In this document: one piece after another, positions 27,864 to 41,201 of the stretch
How the letters are laid out: the number at the start of each line of letters is the position of its first letter
How positions within the stretch are numbered: the stretch's first letter is position 1
Source of the DNA: Oikopleura dioica
Lineage: Eukaryota > Animalia > Chordata
Direction of reading: 5' to 3'
Assembly: GCA_907165135.1 (NCBI GenBank)
Contig: OU015566.1
Span: 9,734,001-9,798,000, forward strand
DNA: 64,000 bases
Made by a program: the position numbers and the translations under genes
The notes under the pieces: generated by a model
The model's input: the letters and a program-made list of their open reading frames with translations, nothing else
Databases searched by the model: none
What the model was told of the DNA's origin: nothing

Positions 27864-28376
27864 ATGTTCAATCCAGAGAATCTATTGGCCCTTTCTACAT
27901 CTGGAGGTAGACGAAATCCAATAACTGTTGTGGTCATTTCTTCTGATTTGAGGCCCGTGTACTTCAGAGAAGGTAGAACATTTAAAATCATCGAATTGCG
28001 CACCATCATTTTATAAATTTAGAGGTTGCTCTTAACTCAGATGATTTTGAAAAAATGAAAGTCGATTTGTGCAACATATTCGACCATAAGTTGGTTGTTG
28101 GGGAAGACATCAATTCGCACTTCTCACGACTCGGAATTCCTTCTAACATTTGCGAGGTCTTGGATAGCAGATCTCTGCCGATTCCGATGGGTTATCAACC
28201 AACCCCCCTTCGATACCGAAATCCAATGGAAAACGCCATACGAGCCATGCAACTTTTTACAAATTATGCACAAATGCGAGTAAGTATTCTACCCCTCTTT
28301 TGGAAAAAAAAAATCTTTTGGTACGAGCTTCAATCAAATCCAATTTTAGCAAGGTGGTTTGATGCACGCAAAATAG
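27864..28376 (+). CDS. Degenerate REX4/ISG20-like DEDDh exonuclease-fold protein
   Basis: Exons 27864-27972 (or from ATG 27744), 28023-28279, 28350-28376, all GT-AG and in phase. FEKMKVDLCNIFDHKLVVGEDINSHFSRLGI and NPMENAIRAMQLF recall the ExoII and ExoIII segments. Confidence 0.5.
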
Positions 28377-30404
28377 TCTCAACTCTTTTATATGATCAGA
28401 AGATGAAACGAAACGAGTGTGACTGTAATAAACCAAAAATTTCAAGCGAAATCTCAAGATGCACTTACTTTCAAGTTGTAGATTCTACAATGTAGAATGT
28501 AGAATAGAAGTTTTATCAGCTAATCAAATCATTGGGACTAGGGCCGAGATCTTCTAACTTTGAGAGCTCTGTTTGTAAAGCTTCTCGTCAAGTGTTGCTA
28601 CTCATGCAAGTTGTGAGGTTTAGCGCTTGAAATCGCAAAATAACCGGTTCGCGAAATTCTATACGACGCGGTCATTTTCTTATTTCAAAAATTGTCAAGT
28701 GCCCTTTTTGCCGATTTGCACAATCACTACTCCGCAGCTTGAATAACATAAAAAAAATCATAATTGCGATCGTCAGAAACCGAGAGGCACTTGCTCGTCG
28801 AGAATTCCAGCCTCTCTCAAGGCCGCCACCGGAATGGAAATGAAAATATTTGACACCAAAAAGGGCAAATTCTTCTCCTCTGCCAAATATTCCCCACTTC
28901 TTTGAGGAAATCAGCCAAGTTTTGAGGAATCTTCCTTTTGGTCAATTAAAAATACTTCTTCCCAGGCGTGGCTAAGCGAGAAATGCCGTCTAACAAAATT
29001 TTCAAACACAGTTATTATGGGCGCAAGAATTTCAAAAATCAAAATCCGATGGTCGCGCTTTTCAAAAAAAAGTGAAGAAAAAAACCGTGCGGTTCCCACG
29101 CGGTTAGAGCTCACACGAAAATATTCAGCTAAAACGGTTCATTACCGACTCCACCCCGTCCTTTGAAATTTCACTAGATTTTCATGATCAACACGGCGAT
29201 GATTATTTGATTTTTCCCGCTTAGATTGAAAAGCAGCGCTGTGATTGATTAGAGGGGAAAAAGGTCAGAAAATGTTCCAAGGATTTTTCTAGCGCAACCT
29301 TGGACCAGAGCAACACGAGTTATCAAAATGCCAAGATGGGGAAATAAAAGAATCAGTGCAAAATGAAGTTCACTTCAAAAGAATAAGCGCTAGAATTCTG
29401 AATTCCGGGGAACTTGTTTAGAGACGTTTTAACGCTAATTATTGTGCTCCATTTGGGTGCAATTAGCAGGTCAAAGTGACAGACGCTATTCGCGCTAACA
29501 CTATTTCGGCCGAGCAAAGCCACCAGATTGAGCACAAGAAAGCAATTCTGCCCAAGAACAACCGCGAAGATTAACCCTTTCGCGCATTTAGACGATTAGG
29601 GGTTAAGTCTCATCGACTTGAAATTAAAGATGTGCTGTTCACGTCAAATGCATTTTGGTTCGTTCTTTTGAAGTGAAGCATTTTTACCAGCTGTTTCACT
29701 GATAGATGGACCAAACCATTATTTTGATTAGATCTTGAATTTGGTTCGACCGAACTTCTCAGCCTTTATTTAAAGCGAGAAGCCGAAGGAAATACATCGT
29801 AATACCAAAAAAATATAATGATCTCAATACTCATGAAAATGTTTATAGCCTTATGAACTTCTTATGTGAGAAATAAAAATATGGGTTAAAAAATCAGTTT
29901 ATTTTTTTTTATAAAATGGACGTTTTCTTAAAATCTTGAGAAACAAACTTTTGTTTTGACAAAATGAAACTCAATCGCTTATATCATATAAGTTATATGG
30001 TTTAATTTCTTCCTAATTTCAAATAAAAACATTTGTTTCTTTAGTAATCATTATGTCATTTTAAAATTGCAAGAAACATTTCGTGGCGTGAATATGTGTA
30101 TCTAACACGGAGGATTTTCGCTGCTTCTTAGCCACATGAGAAGAGTTGATCCGGCGGTACTTTGGCTGACTCGGATAAATCCACTCGTGATCCGAAAATT
30201 ATAAAAATCTGTCAAGCGCTACCACTTGAAAATCTGAACGCGTCCAATCATCCTTTGTAACAATGTGCAATTTTCACACGTTTTCTGGCTTTATCAAAAC
30301 TTAAAATTGGCGTGTCAAATTTAAAGTATACCGCCGAAAATCCCTTTATAATGACGTTTTCTTCCTTGATTTCAAAATTCCTGAGTGATGATTTATTTAC
30401 AGCT

Positions 30405-32173
30405 TCAGAAGATAGTTTCTGATTTGTCTTCTATGTTGTCAAATATTTCATTCGGAGCAGATTTGTCGTATGATTTTCTTCTCGATTTCTTTTCTTCATT
30501 ATTCCGTATTTTCAAAACAATTGGCAAAAGAAATATCGTTATCCCAAGTCCAGCTTAATAACATTGATGTTTTAAATTTGTCGATTTTAAATGTTACCTT
30601 GAACAAAATTCATCGTCGCAAAATCGTCATTGTTCATGCAAAAATTGTACATCGGCTGGTTTATAAGACCAAAAAGAACGCCAATGAGTGTGAAGAATCC
30701 AAGAACAGAGCCATACAATTGAGGTGAGAAAATATAAAGCCATGCAGGACTCCAACTGATACCGAAGCTTTTACCAATCAGATTCATGAACACCGAAACG
30801 TACGCTAGAAATTATTATTTCTTCCAAGAAAACTTTTGATTTACCGATCGTCGTATTTTGAAATCCTTGCATAATGCTCGCTGCAGTATTGAAAATAAAG
30901 GAAGCTGTCATTAAAACGCAATATCCTTTGAAGAGGCCAACCCCGATCGTCTTTGAGTGATTTTTTGAATAGTCGAGTATAAAGCCGGGAATAATATTGA
31001 GCAGAATAAGCGAGATTCCTGAAACGCTATAAAGTCTATTGATGGAAGTTATAAAGTCTTCTATCTCGGCTTGGGTGACGTCTGGGTCTCCTTTCTTTTT
31101 CCCCGGTTATCAATACAATAGCTTGTTTTATAGTGTTGAAGGTACTGTAAGTCGTGATTGAAGAACCGATTCCTTCACCCATTCGGGCCAGCCACCACTC
31201 ATCCATGCAATGCTACTCTGAATTCTGAGCATGAAGACTCCGTAGCCAACGAACAACAAATAAATCTTCATATCTTTAAAAATGGCAAGTGTTTCTTTAA
31301 ACTGATTTTGCTTGCTTCCAGCATCCTGAGTTTCTTCTTCAAGCGATGCTCGACATTTTCGAATCCAAGTGTTTTGAAAAATACAGTAATCTAGCCCGAT
31401 AACTTTTGGCATCTTCCAGGGTGTGAAGAATAAGAACTTGGGCACACTTATGCAAGCAAAAAGAACACTCCACAAGTAGAAGATGCGAGGAACAGTCACA
31501 TGATCAGTCGTATCAATGACATGATCCCAAAGAAGTGGAAAGCTTCCTGAAGCGCCAAAGCATCCGCTCATGACGGCCATAAAGATTCCGTAAGATTTGT
31601 GAAGCGTGCGGGTTGTTTGAACATTTCCAATGTGGTTCAAGGAGCCGCCTTTTTATAAGCTTACCGAATATTCGCCATAAAATTAGACCTCTGACAAAAC
31701 TCAATCTACCTTTGAGTAAGCTTTTCCTGTAGCTAGCGCAGGCCAAGCAATCCAAATCAGGCTGTTATCAGTGTCAAGAAAGCACATCAAACCAAGACCA
31801 ATTCCATAAACGATGATTCCAGAGCCCCGAAGAAATACGAGCCCAAGTTTGTCACTGATAATTCCGAAGATGAAGACCCCAACATTGTACGCAACAACGG
31901 ACAAAAAATAAACATCGTTGAATAATTTGTCTCGTTCGGAGCAATCACGAGTTGAATTTGAGTTCAAAGGGTTGTTGAGCTCTTAAGATTTTAATTAATA
32001 ATAATGGTCTAGTCCTTACCTTCTCCGACATCAATGCATTTGTCTGCAAAGTAATCTCCCTTCTTAAAGATCGCCGACATCATTCCCCAGCCGAGATACA
32101 GTCCATTACAGGTGACACTCTCTAACAATGCGAAACCTACTGCGAGATAATTCATAAAATTTGAGGCCGCCAT
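30405..32173 (-). CDS. SLC43A: SLC43-family (LAT3/LAT4/SLC43A3-like) MFS transporter
   Basis: Exons 32173-32020 (LLESVTCNGLYLGWG), 31981-31727, 31648 onward (GGSLNHIGNVQ..SGCFGAS), then ..IPGFILDY.., ..FSPQLYGSVLG.., and a final exon ending ETIF* at 30405. Multiple TM segments. Confidence 0.85.
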
Positions 32174-33101
32174 TCTCTTTTTCTTGTTTTTCTCGAATGT
32201 GCGTCGATCGAGTCCGGGGATTGCGTTTGTTTGGCATGGAGCACTATGCAAACAGGAAAAAGGTAGTAAAAATGAAATTGTGAACTACGGTCCTCTTACG
32301 AAATTCTACTGAATGAAGAGGGCAATGTCGAAAAAGCTTGATTCGGCATAGAGAAAATAATCGAAGGCGTTCAGCACGCTGCTTTACTTTAGAACTAATT
32401 TATTTATCGAATTCATAAAATAGTTCATGAAGCATGATCTCTTGATCTTTTTTGGATTATATTTTGCTACAAAAGACAGGGAGAAACACATGAACTAATA
32501 ACACTACTGTCCGAGATAATGAAGAGAAGCTTTTGATAACTGGTTGACATCAAGGAAGACTACTCCTTTCGCTTTCAACAAGTATTCATCATTGTAAATT
32601 TTCATTTTCTGAAGGCTTTGTTGTTGAGTTACAGTAACTCTTTGTAGAGCATCGTATATCACAAATCTTTGAGGCGGTCATGACTGAGATTTTACAGTTG
32701 ACAGTAATGCTAGAAAAAAATTCATGGCTGAAAATTCAAAAGGCAAACATTTTCTTGGCTTCAACAACCGGAGCATCAAAGCATAATTCCATGGTTTCTC
32801 TCTTTTTTTCCAAAGAAAAATTTTCAACGCGACGATATCTTACCGATTCATTGTGACTCTTTTGAATGCCATGATATTTTACCGGATGTATCCTTGCTGT
32901 CTAGTTTACGTTGGCGATCTTTTGTATTTTTAAGGGGGGGCGACGAGAATTTTTTCAGTGGTGGTCGTAATTTGGCTTATACATATAGTATCGATATAAA
33001 TTAAATATTTTTGGAATCTACAGATTCCGCCGAATCTGTTGTGATCTGACCGAATTGTTCTCAACCGATTTCAAACTATCGTCGTTGAAAAGAATAAGAG
33101 C

Positions 33102-33290
33102 TGTGGAATTCGTCTCGAGGAGTACAACGACTCCAGCTCCATCGAGTGCAACATAAAAGCATGCGGGCATCGATACTCCATGTCTTGCCTAAATATACTT
33201 TTTCAAGGACCCCAACCTCACCTTTCACGCAATGGCCAGACGTGCGCACCTGCCCTGCCTGCAGCAAGCCTTACCGAAAAAGCGACATCT
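33102..33290 (+). pseudogene. Decayed C3HC4 RING fragment
   Basis: CGIRLEEY..CGHRYSMSCL (two zinc-ligand Cys replaced by R and S). The final CPACSKPY pair is in a different frame. Confidence 0.5.
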
Positions 33291-33593
33291 TAACAACTGA
33301 TCCGCTTACTGTCAGAAACGAGAATTCCTCACTTTATTTATCCTCCTTTAAATTCTCCCTAAGATTTATTCACTTACATTGTAAGTCTTACGACGTTTCT
33401 CCTCCTTGATTTCATCAAATTTCTTTTCATTGAGAATAATTTTCTTTATTTAACAGAATAGTGTACAATAAATTATATCCTTGAAATAAGACCAGCAAGC
33501 CACAGTTACAGTTTTGCCAAATGAAATTGAAGTTCTGATAAATTTTCCCGGGATCGAAAATACTACAGCAACCGCAGGAGCCCATCATGCGGT

Positions 33594-35691
33594 TCACGGG
33601 TTAACCATGAGCAGGGTAGGATCACGTTCGATAACGTTTGTCAGGATTTTGTCCAGATACTTTTTCACCTCTTCGTGTGTCTGTTCCAGCGTCTCGTACT
33701 TTTCCTTTAATCCTGGCTCGGCGCAGGAGGCAAGTTCTTCGGCGAAAGAGGATGAGCCTTTTATCGATGATTCAGCCGAAATCAAGGAACGAGCCTGCGT
33801 AACTTGGGCCGAAAGAAGCTCATGCTTCAAATCGTCGATTTCGTTTTTGAGCGATTCAACCAGCGAATCGTTTTTTGGACTTTCTACAAAGCAAAAGATA
33901 AACGCAACTTTTTCATATCAAGACTTACCTTGAAAGACAGGAATATCAGCAGAATCTTGAGAAGCGATTTTGAGCTTTTCTTCAAGCAAATGTTTTTCTT
34001 GCGCTGATTTTTCTAGTGATAACTTTTTGAGAGCTTGACAAAGAGACCTTTTAGAAAAATTTACAAGCTTTGAAAATCAATTTGGCAATAATTGGACGGG
34101 TTTATGATAAACAGATAATTTTCCGATGTTTGACAAAAACTAATCTGCAAAGAACTGCTCTCTATCGGCTCTTAGAAACGTAAACCACTCAAAACTTGAG
34201 TCTCCATCCCCTTTTACGTTAAATTCCAAGTCCGGTTTTTTGATAACCACGGGACTTGTCGCTTAGCTTTTTCAAAAAAAACATTGTCAAGCTCGTTCCT
34301 TGAGCTCTTCTAGTGCCACTTCCAGCACTCTTGTATGCTCCTCGAGGGTCTCCCTTTCTGCGCATGATTTTTCCGTGAGTTTTTGATACTTTTCAAACTG
34401 CTCCGCGCTTTTTGATTGATATTCGTCGACTTTTTCTTTGAGTTCGTTGATTTCTTTTTTGTGTTTTTCGTTCTTTGATTTGGCAAGTTCCAGCTCGTTT
34501 TTGCTCGTTTCCAAGTTTTTCAAGAGTTGGTTCTTTTCCAATTCGAGGATTTCCGTTTTTGAAGAAAGTTCTTTTTCAAAGGACTTTTTTGTGTTTCTGA
34601 GTAAAGTCTCGTTTTCCCTAAAAATATGATTAATTGACGATTTTCGGGCATCGTGGTGGCAAATTTGATTTGGAACGTACGAGCGAAATCGGTCGCGATC
34701 TTGTTCGACATCTCGGAGAAACTCCTCTAACTCCAGTAATTTGTTACGTAGCATCAGGTTCTCGACTTTTGCGTTTTCCAATTGTTCTGATTTTAGTTGC
34801 TCTGCTTCTTCTATTTGAAAGATTTGTCTTTTCATCAGGTTGACCTGCTGGGTCAAGTCTTTTTCTAGGCTCTAAAATTCATGGAATGCCGTGGTTTATG
34901 TTCGGAATGCCTTCATAAGTTGGCAACATAACGTGATTTCGCGCGTCGAGAGCCCTTTTCCTTGAATTGACGAATCTTCGTACTTGATTTTTGGCTTTCT
35001 CATTCTACTCGTCGACTTTTTATTCTGCTTTTGTGGTGCTAGAATTTCATATGTCAACCTTATAAACGATAGAAGGAACAAAAGAACCTTCTGGTCCTAG
35101 ATTAGAGGGCCGGTATTAACAGATAATCCAGCAGATCAGCGAATTACTCGACAGATGTTCCGCGGCGGATTAGCCAAACTTTGACTCTGATTTACGGGCA
35201 AAGAACGCCATGTTAATATAAATCGCTGACCTGACCGCATAACACGCACTTACTTTGAGGGAAGCCGAGAATATCCCCTTCGCCTTCCGACTTGTAATCG
35301 TACTCGTTGAAGGTTCGCTCGGGGTCATCAGAGCTTGAGCTACAGCTTCTTACTGGATCAGATGGCTCGGAAAAGGAGAATTGAAGCAGGTTTTCTAGCT
35401 TTTCTAGTGGTTAGAAATCATTTTTAAAAGAATAAGACCAATTAATCATCAATAAAGAGCTATAATCTAGATCTGGATTCTTGAATAATTATTAATGCAG
35501 CATTTGAATAATTAATTCAAGCCACGAATTTCCTTTTGAAAGGGTATCTTTCCGGTGTTTTCTTTGTCCAGCGTATCGATCGCCATTTTGAGTATGACGG
35601 GGTCTTCAATTATTCGCGAGAGATGGGTTGTTTGGACAAAGCCGTCGGTTTCTTCGCATAGCTCCCGCAGACGCGCGTTCTTCTCGTCCAT
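33594..35691 (-). CDS. RAB11FIP3/4: Rab11 family-interacting protein, class II (RAB11FIP3/4, Nuf-like)
   Basis: N-terminal EF-hand-like LDKENTGKIPF (ATG 35691), TFNEYD exon (about 35400-35260), coiled-coil exons (34287-34870), and C-terminal Rab11-binding motif YLDKILTNVIERDPTLLMVNP*. Middle exons unresolved. Confidence 0.8.
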
Positions 35692-37386
35692 TTTTATGAA
35701 ACTGGGAAAATATATCAAGTCATGTTCATAGAAATCTAATCAATTTCGCTTCTGCCACACGTGCGGGCGGATAGAATTTTCCAATAAAAATCGACAGCGA
35801 AGCATTATTTGATTGCCAAGCTGTTGATGGTCAAATAGAATACGTACTGTACCAGTGGATCTATTACAGTTACTATCAACTGTTACAGATCGAAAATACC
35901 TTGGATTGACAAAAACTGGCTTGAATTCAAAACAGCTTCTCTTTAGCTTATCACTCTCTTGTTTCATATCCGGAAAAACAAACTCGATGAAAATTCTAGT
36001 GCTGCAATAAAAAACCGCTTATCCCCGATCAAAACCCAACTTACCTCAAAGGACACGTGTTTTAATCGCCGACAATCTTCTTATCCTCCGCGCGCAATCT
36101 CTTCAAATAATTTTCCTCTCTCTCTTTCTCAACTGCTCTATTTTTTCACACTTCCGCCAAAACACGCAAGCTCGAGCAAGTGTGTTTACGTAACAACTTA
36201 AATTTCGACTGAGAAAATGTGCAAATTATTGCCTTTCCCAGTCGTTTCACGAGTTGTTCTCTAAAAACCTCAGAAAAAAAGTCAGATTTTTTATTTCGCG
36301 GCGGAGGTTTTTCGCGGTGGAAAGTCGGTGGACGATGGCGCCACCGCGCAATTCGCGCTCTGTAATTCACTGTCTGATTGCTGCTCTTGAATCATTCTTC
36401 CCACGGGAGTATTAACTTGTTGAGACAACAGCTCTAGAAACTGTTTGCTTAGGTGACGTAGAGTAGTTGTTGGAGATGATTTTTTGTTTGAAATAACGTA
36501 GAATGGGAGTTTACAAATGAGTAATTATAACTTGGAAAAAAATCATGTTCGCTGTTGTTGTTACTAAAAATTCAAATAATATGTAGTAAATAATATACGC
36601 CAGCGGCTCATTAAAAAAAGTTTTTAATCAAGAGATCGATTCGTTTTCAAACATTCGAGGAACCTCCTACGTTGTGACCAACATGAGATACCAGCTTTAT
36701 CAATATTTTCCCGTAAACTTGAAACGACTCGGATACCACCTGAAATATTCTGACTGGAAACCGCACTGTCACTTGACAAAAACGCGCACTCGTAAATTGC
36801 AAACTTCATTGCTGAGAAACTCGTTCTACGCCGCGCTCAATTGCCTTTCAAAATTGATCACAAACTTGCCCTGTAATTAGTTAGGTAGTAGCATGTCGTG
36901 ATTTATGCGGGTTGATTTACAAGCTCAATGTTTTTTTGCAGAAGTAGACGTTTGTCGTTTTTTTTAGAAGGAACATCCTGCTGAGTTTTTGAATTTTTTT
37001 AAAAGCTAAAGATGGCGTTTAAGCTGCCTGAACGCATGCAATTGACATGATCAAATGAATCGGCAAGGAATCCGAATTATACGCTTCGCGGACGTGTTAG
37101 TGGCGGAAAGGCTCTTTTAAATTGGGCTTGAGTTACGTAAAATTGCAAGTCGTTATCTCGGCTCTTGCAACAGTCGAAACTCGAATTATATTTATTTCAA
37201 AAGAAGAAATGCATTATGCAGATTTGAAGTATCGAACTCGTTCCCTATGTCGTAAACTGGACCCATACCAGACTCTGAGTCTTCTATGATTTCAAAATTT
37301 TTTTAAATTATTTGCAATCTCTTCTGAAAGTCACCTGTTTCTTCCTTTATTGTACATCTAGTCAAAAACATCCTTCATTCTCATAG

Positions 37387-37900
37387 TATGAGAATGAGTT
37401 TCCACTGGAAGAGAATGCCATCGTCAAGGAAGGAGTATCTTGCCTTAGCAAGACACAAAATTATAATTAGTTGGAAGCCGTTGAAATATATCTGTCGTAT
37501 TTGCGAAGCGGAGCACCCATAAATACTCTGATGACAACGGACAATTTTCAACTATGCGCCTGAAAATCTTGTTTCTTAGAAAAGGGTACCTCTTTTGGAT
37601 AATAATCATCATTGTAGGTATCATTTCGCAGCTTTAGTTGTGACTATATTTAGGAAATATGCATTCTTAAGAGAAAACCCTTAGTTTTTCTGACTTCAAC
37701 TTGTCACAATGATTCATTGTCAATTAAGAAATGTTACGAGACTGAAGAGTTCCTCTCCCAAGAACCAGTTTCGAAAATCGAAGAGCTCAAAACCACACCA
37801 CTTGTATTTACGAAAGAAGAAGACGAAGCGACTCTCAGGCGCTGCTAAAAGCAGCAATTTTACGATCGGCTTGTGCTCCGCCATCTTTTCTCGAAAACAC
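37387..37900 (+). pseudogene. Possible decayed BTB/BACK-like gene fragment
   Basis: Spliceable segments YENEFPLEENAIVKEG|LEAVEIYLSYLRSG and CYETEEFLSKNQF, with stops and frameshifts. Weak motif resemblance only. Confidence 0.25.
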
Positions 37901-38612
37901 TCGTTCTGGAATCAACAACGACTAACCCTGTTTCTCCTTGTGAATCAATTTGTTTTCAGTTGCCGAAATCTTCCGACTCTGTCCGGGAAGTCTGCATGCA
38001 AGGATGCCCTTATCCATTGTGGAAAATAAGTCTCGGGACAGAAACTCATTCCTTTTTTACTTGTAAAAAAATTAAAGAGGCAAAAATCAAATACTCTCGA
38101 TAGTGGCTGCAATGACAATTTTTATGGAAAAATAAGGGATCATGATCACCAGATTAAGGTTATTCATAAAATATAAAATACAGCTTGTCCATTTCGTTAG
38201 TAATTCTGCAGTTAAGTCATCTCGGTTGTTTATTGAATACAATTTTCTGATTTTGTAGACTTCAAAAAAGCGATTACAACATCGATTTATTGTATATTTG
38301 GAATAGTGTCCAAGATCTTTGCCTAATCTTTCTCGTCGATATCTGCCCCTTCATCTAGCAGATTTTCAGGTCGAGCTGTGTTGATGAAAAGTGGCATGTT
38401 AGAACTCTAATTGCTTCGGACCATTTCACAACGCAATTTCTGCACCGTTTCTACACAAGCATTCATCCCAGCATATAAGAGGAACTGATCAGAAACTCTC
38501 AAGACAAGAGATAGAGAAGAAACGCGAGGCTAGATGGAATGGATCGAGACAAGGGTTAAAAATTAGGATACAATTCATATCTTAAAAACATTGGCGTCAC
38601 CTGCTTTCCAAC

Positions 38613-39137
38613 CAGTGTTTGAAATAATGGTCAAAACTCTCGTGAGCGAGTGAGCGCGAGAAGAGGTCCTCAGAATTTTAACACGAGTGAGCGAGCGCGA
38701 GCAGACTCTTTTGATTTTTTCGTGAGCGAGCGAGCGCGAGCGCAGATACCAGGATTTTTCTATTAGTGAGCAAGCGTGAGCGCTCGCTCGCTCGCTCGCG
38801 CTCACTCGCAGCTTTTCAACTATGTCTTCATTGAGTGATTTCTTGAAAAATTCTAATACTTTTAAATATGAAGGACTTTTAACTATCATAAGTTAATGAT
38901 GTGTATTCTTACGAGATTAAAAGATAATTTAAGATAGATTTCATAAATATTAAATGATTTTGTCATGAGGGTGACTTCACTAAAAATAACTGTGAGCGAG
39001 CGCGAGTGAGCGCAAGCAGGGACCTTGGAATTTTATGGTGAGTGAGCGAGCGCGAGCAAAGGTTCTCGAAATCAACGTGAGTGAGTGAGCATGAGCGCTC
39101 GCTCACTCGCTCGCGCTCACCATTTTTTCAAACACTG
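38613..39137. mobile_element. 525-bp hAT-type MITE
   Basis: TSD TTTCCAAC at 38605-38612 and 39138-39145; TIR CAGTGTTTGAAAwAATGGT; many internal GAGCGAGC/GCTCGCTC motifs. Confidence 0.9.
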
Positions 39138-41201
39138 TTTCCAACTAGGCATTTTTAAAAAGTCAGAACATAAAATTATCTTGTTTAATTTTTTGATAAC
39201 TCGATTCTCTTAACGTCTCCTTCCCGAAACATACGCGGAGATATCAAAACATCGATCATAATTATTAATTAAGAACTAAAGAAATTTTCAACCTTGACTT
39301 TCAGCCAGTGTCGAATATCATCCAAAAGGAGTTGAATTTTTGGGAGAAGGAAAAATCCCACAATACAACAAAACATACTTGCTGTGTTTTTGATGAGTAA
39401 GAAATTCAAGAATTTCAAATTATAAAGATTGCTTTTAATATTTTTAGGCAAGAAAAATGTGTTTATGAGTGTCCTCTTCCGTCAAAAGAAGATATGATTG
39501 TTGCATCCTTCCTTGGCCTTTTCATCATGTTAGGAAAGAGTGAGATTATAAGCTCCTAGTCTAAGCTTTGAATTGAGATTGATCTCAACAAACAGGAACT
39601 GTGGTGATTCTCTACCTCTGCATATACTTCGGCCTTTGTCTGAAAAACTTTCTCTTTCCCAAGAAAACCGCCACCAACGGAAAAGATTATGTCGACTGAA
39701 TACTCTTACGTTTTGTGATTATTAACTAAATAAACTTGACTAATGATCAGTCGCCATTCACCTCCACCGCTGATCATTTTTGTTAAATATAATGTTCTCA
39801 TGATTCTCACCGTGATTAAACATGAGACAGTAGTTTTATGGTGCTCGAATCTGATCTTTAAATTCGACGGGTGGCGTCAATTTTCCCACTTGTGTTTGCC
39901 TCGATTCTCCATTAATCGATTTTTTTCTAATTAGAAATAAAATCTGAAAAAATTACCCGGGAAACAAGTATTTGCTCTTTGCAATTGTAATTTATGGAAA
40001 GTATCGCGGCGGAAATCAAGCGGAAACGGCAGAGAACGGTAAACATCCCATAGCTGGAAAAACTCACTAGAGAGACATAACAACTATCGCTGCTTAGAAA
40101 AATATTTGTTTTATTACAAAAAGGGTAGAAAAAGAAAGATAGAGCAATAGAAAGACTGAATATACAGGAGATAGAAAAATAAAAATGAAAATACAAGAAA
40201 GTTAGCTGAGTTATTCTTTTGGGAAAGGATGGGTGAGGATGGATTCTTGGAGCTTGAGAAGCTGGTTTTTGATCGAAGTGATTTCTTTGAGGACAGAAGC
40301 TCTAAAAGAATCTTGGCTCTGGCTCTGAGGCTCGGTTCCTGATTCAAGCTTTTCAATTTTTTTCAGATGCACATTTGCACAGATTTTTCGATCAACAAAA
40401 CGAACACTTAAAGCAACAAATTCTGAATCACAAGAACACTAACCTACCTTGACTGCTCAAATTCTAGTCATATTTTTCTGAGTGCGCTAAGACTCGAAAA
40501 GTGTCACTCAGTGCGACATTGAAAAGCCATTCCTGGGGATGATTCGCATGAGGAGAACTTGAGCTTTCTCGTGTTGACTTGTGAAGCTAGAATCTCACGA
40601 TGAGGTGTACTTGTCTGCAGCGACTGAGTTCCCTTAACAGGAAATTTGGGGAAAGTGATAAAATGCTGCACCTAATTAATCAAAAGGGGTGATTATTGCT
40701 GTCAAGAGTAATTAAAATTCCGCGGTTATACGTGAAAATATGTTCTTGTTTAACCGATCGGGTCCAAATTGAACTGTTTACAAGCAAATGGAACTTACTT
40801 GACTAGCAGTTGGCTGGGAAAAGAGCGGCTGCGAGGTTGTTGAAAGCCCCTAAAATAGGATTCTCTTGAGATTATACATACAAACCCACTTATTTACTCG
40901 AGCTTTGAACCCGGAAGTTTTTAATGCTAAAAACAACATATTTCTTAATCCAAATGAATGGTCATTTTGGGACATTTTTTATGCAAGAGCTGCGTGAGAA
41001 GAAATGAATAGAAATCATGTGGTAAACGATCAATCTCAGCATCCCTCCTACTGCGGAGTTTATGAGAGCGGAATAGAAACGTTTTGATATGATACGAAAC
41101 GCTCTAGTTCATCAAGTTTAAATGAAGGTCATCGCTAAATAGATCCCACAGCTACTGGGCAGTTAAGTTGGTTTCACATGATAATTAAACTAAGAAGAAA
41201 C

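Noticed and set aside
28085-28140. APE endonuclease of a non-LTR element (VVGEDINSH)
   Set aside because: No RT nearby. The spliced product fits a DEDDh-like fold better.
38640-39120. CRISPR-like or satellite array
   Set aside because: These are irregular subterminal motifs of a TSD-flanked MITE, with no repeat-spacer periodicity.
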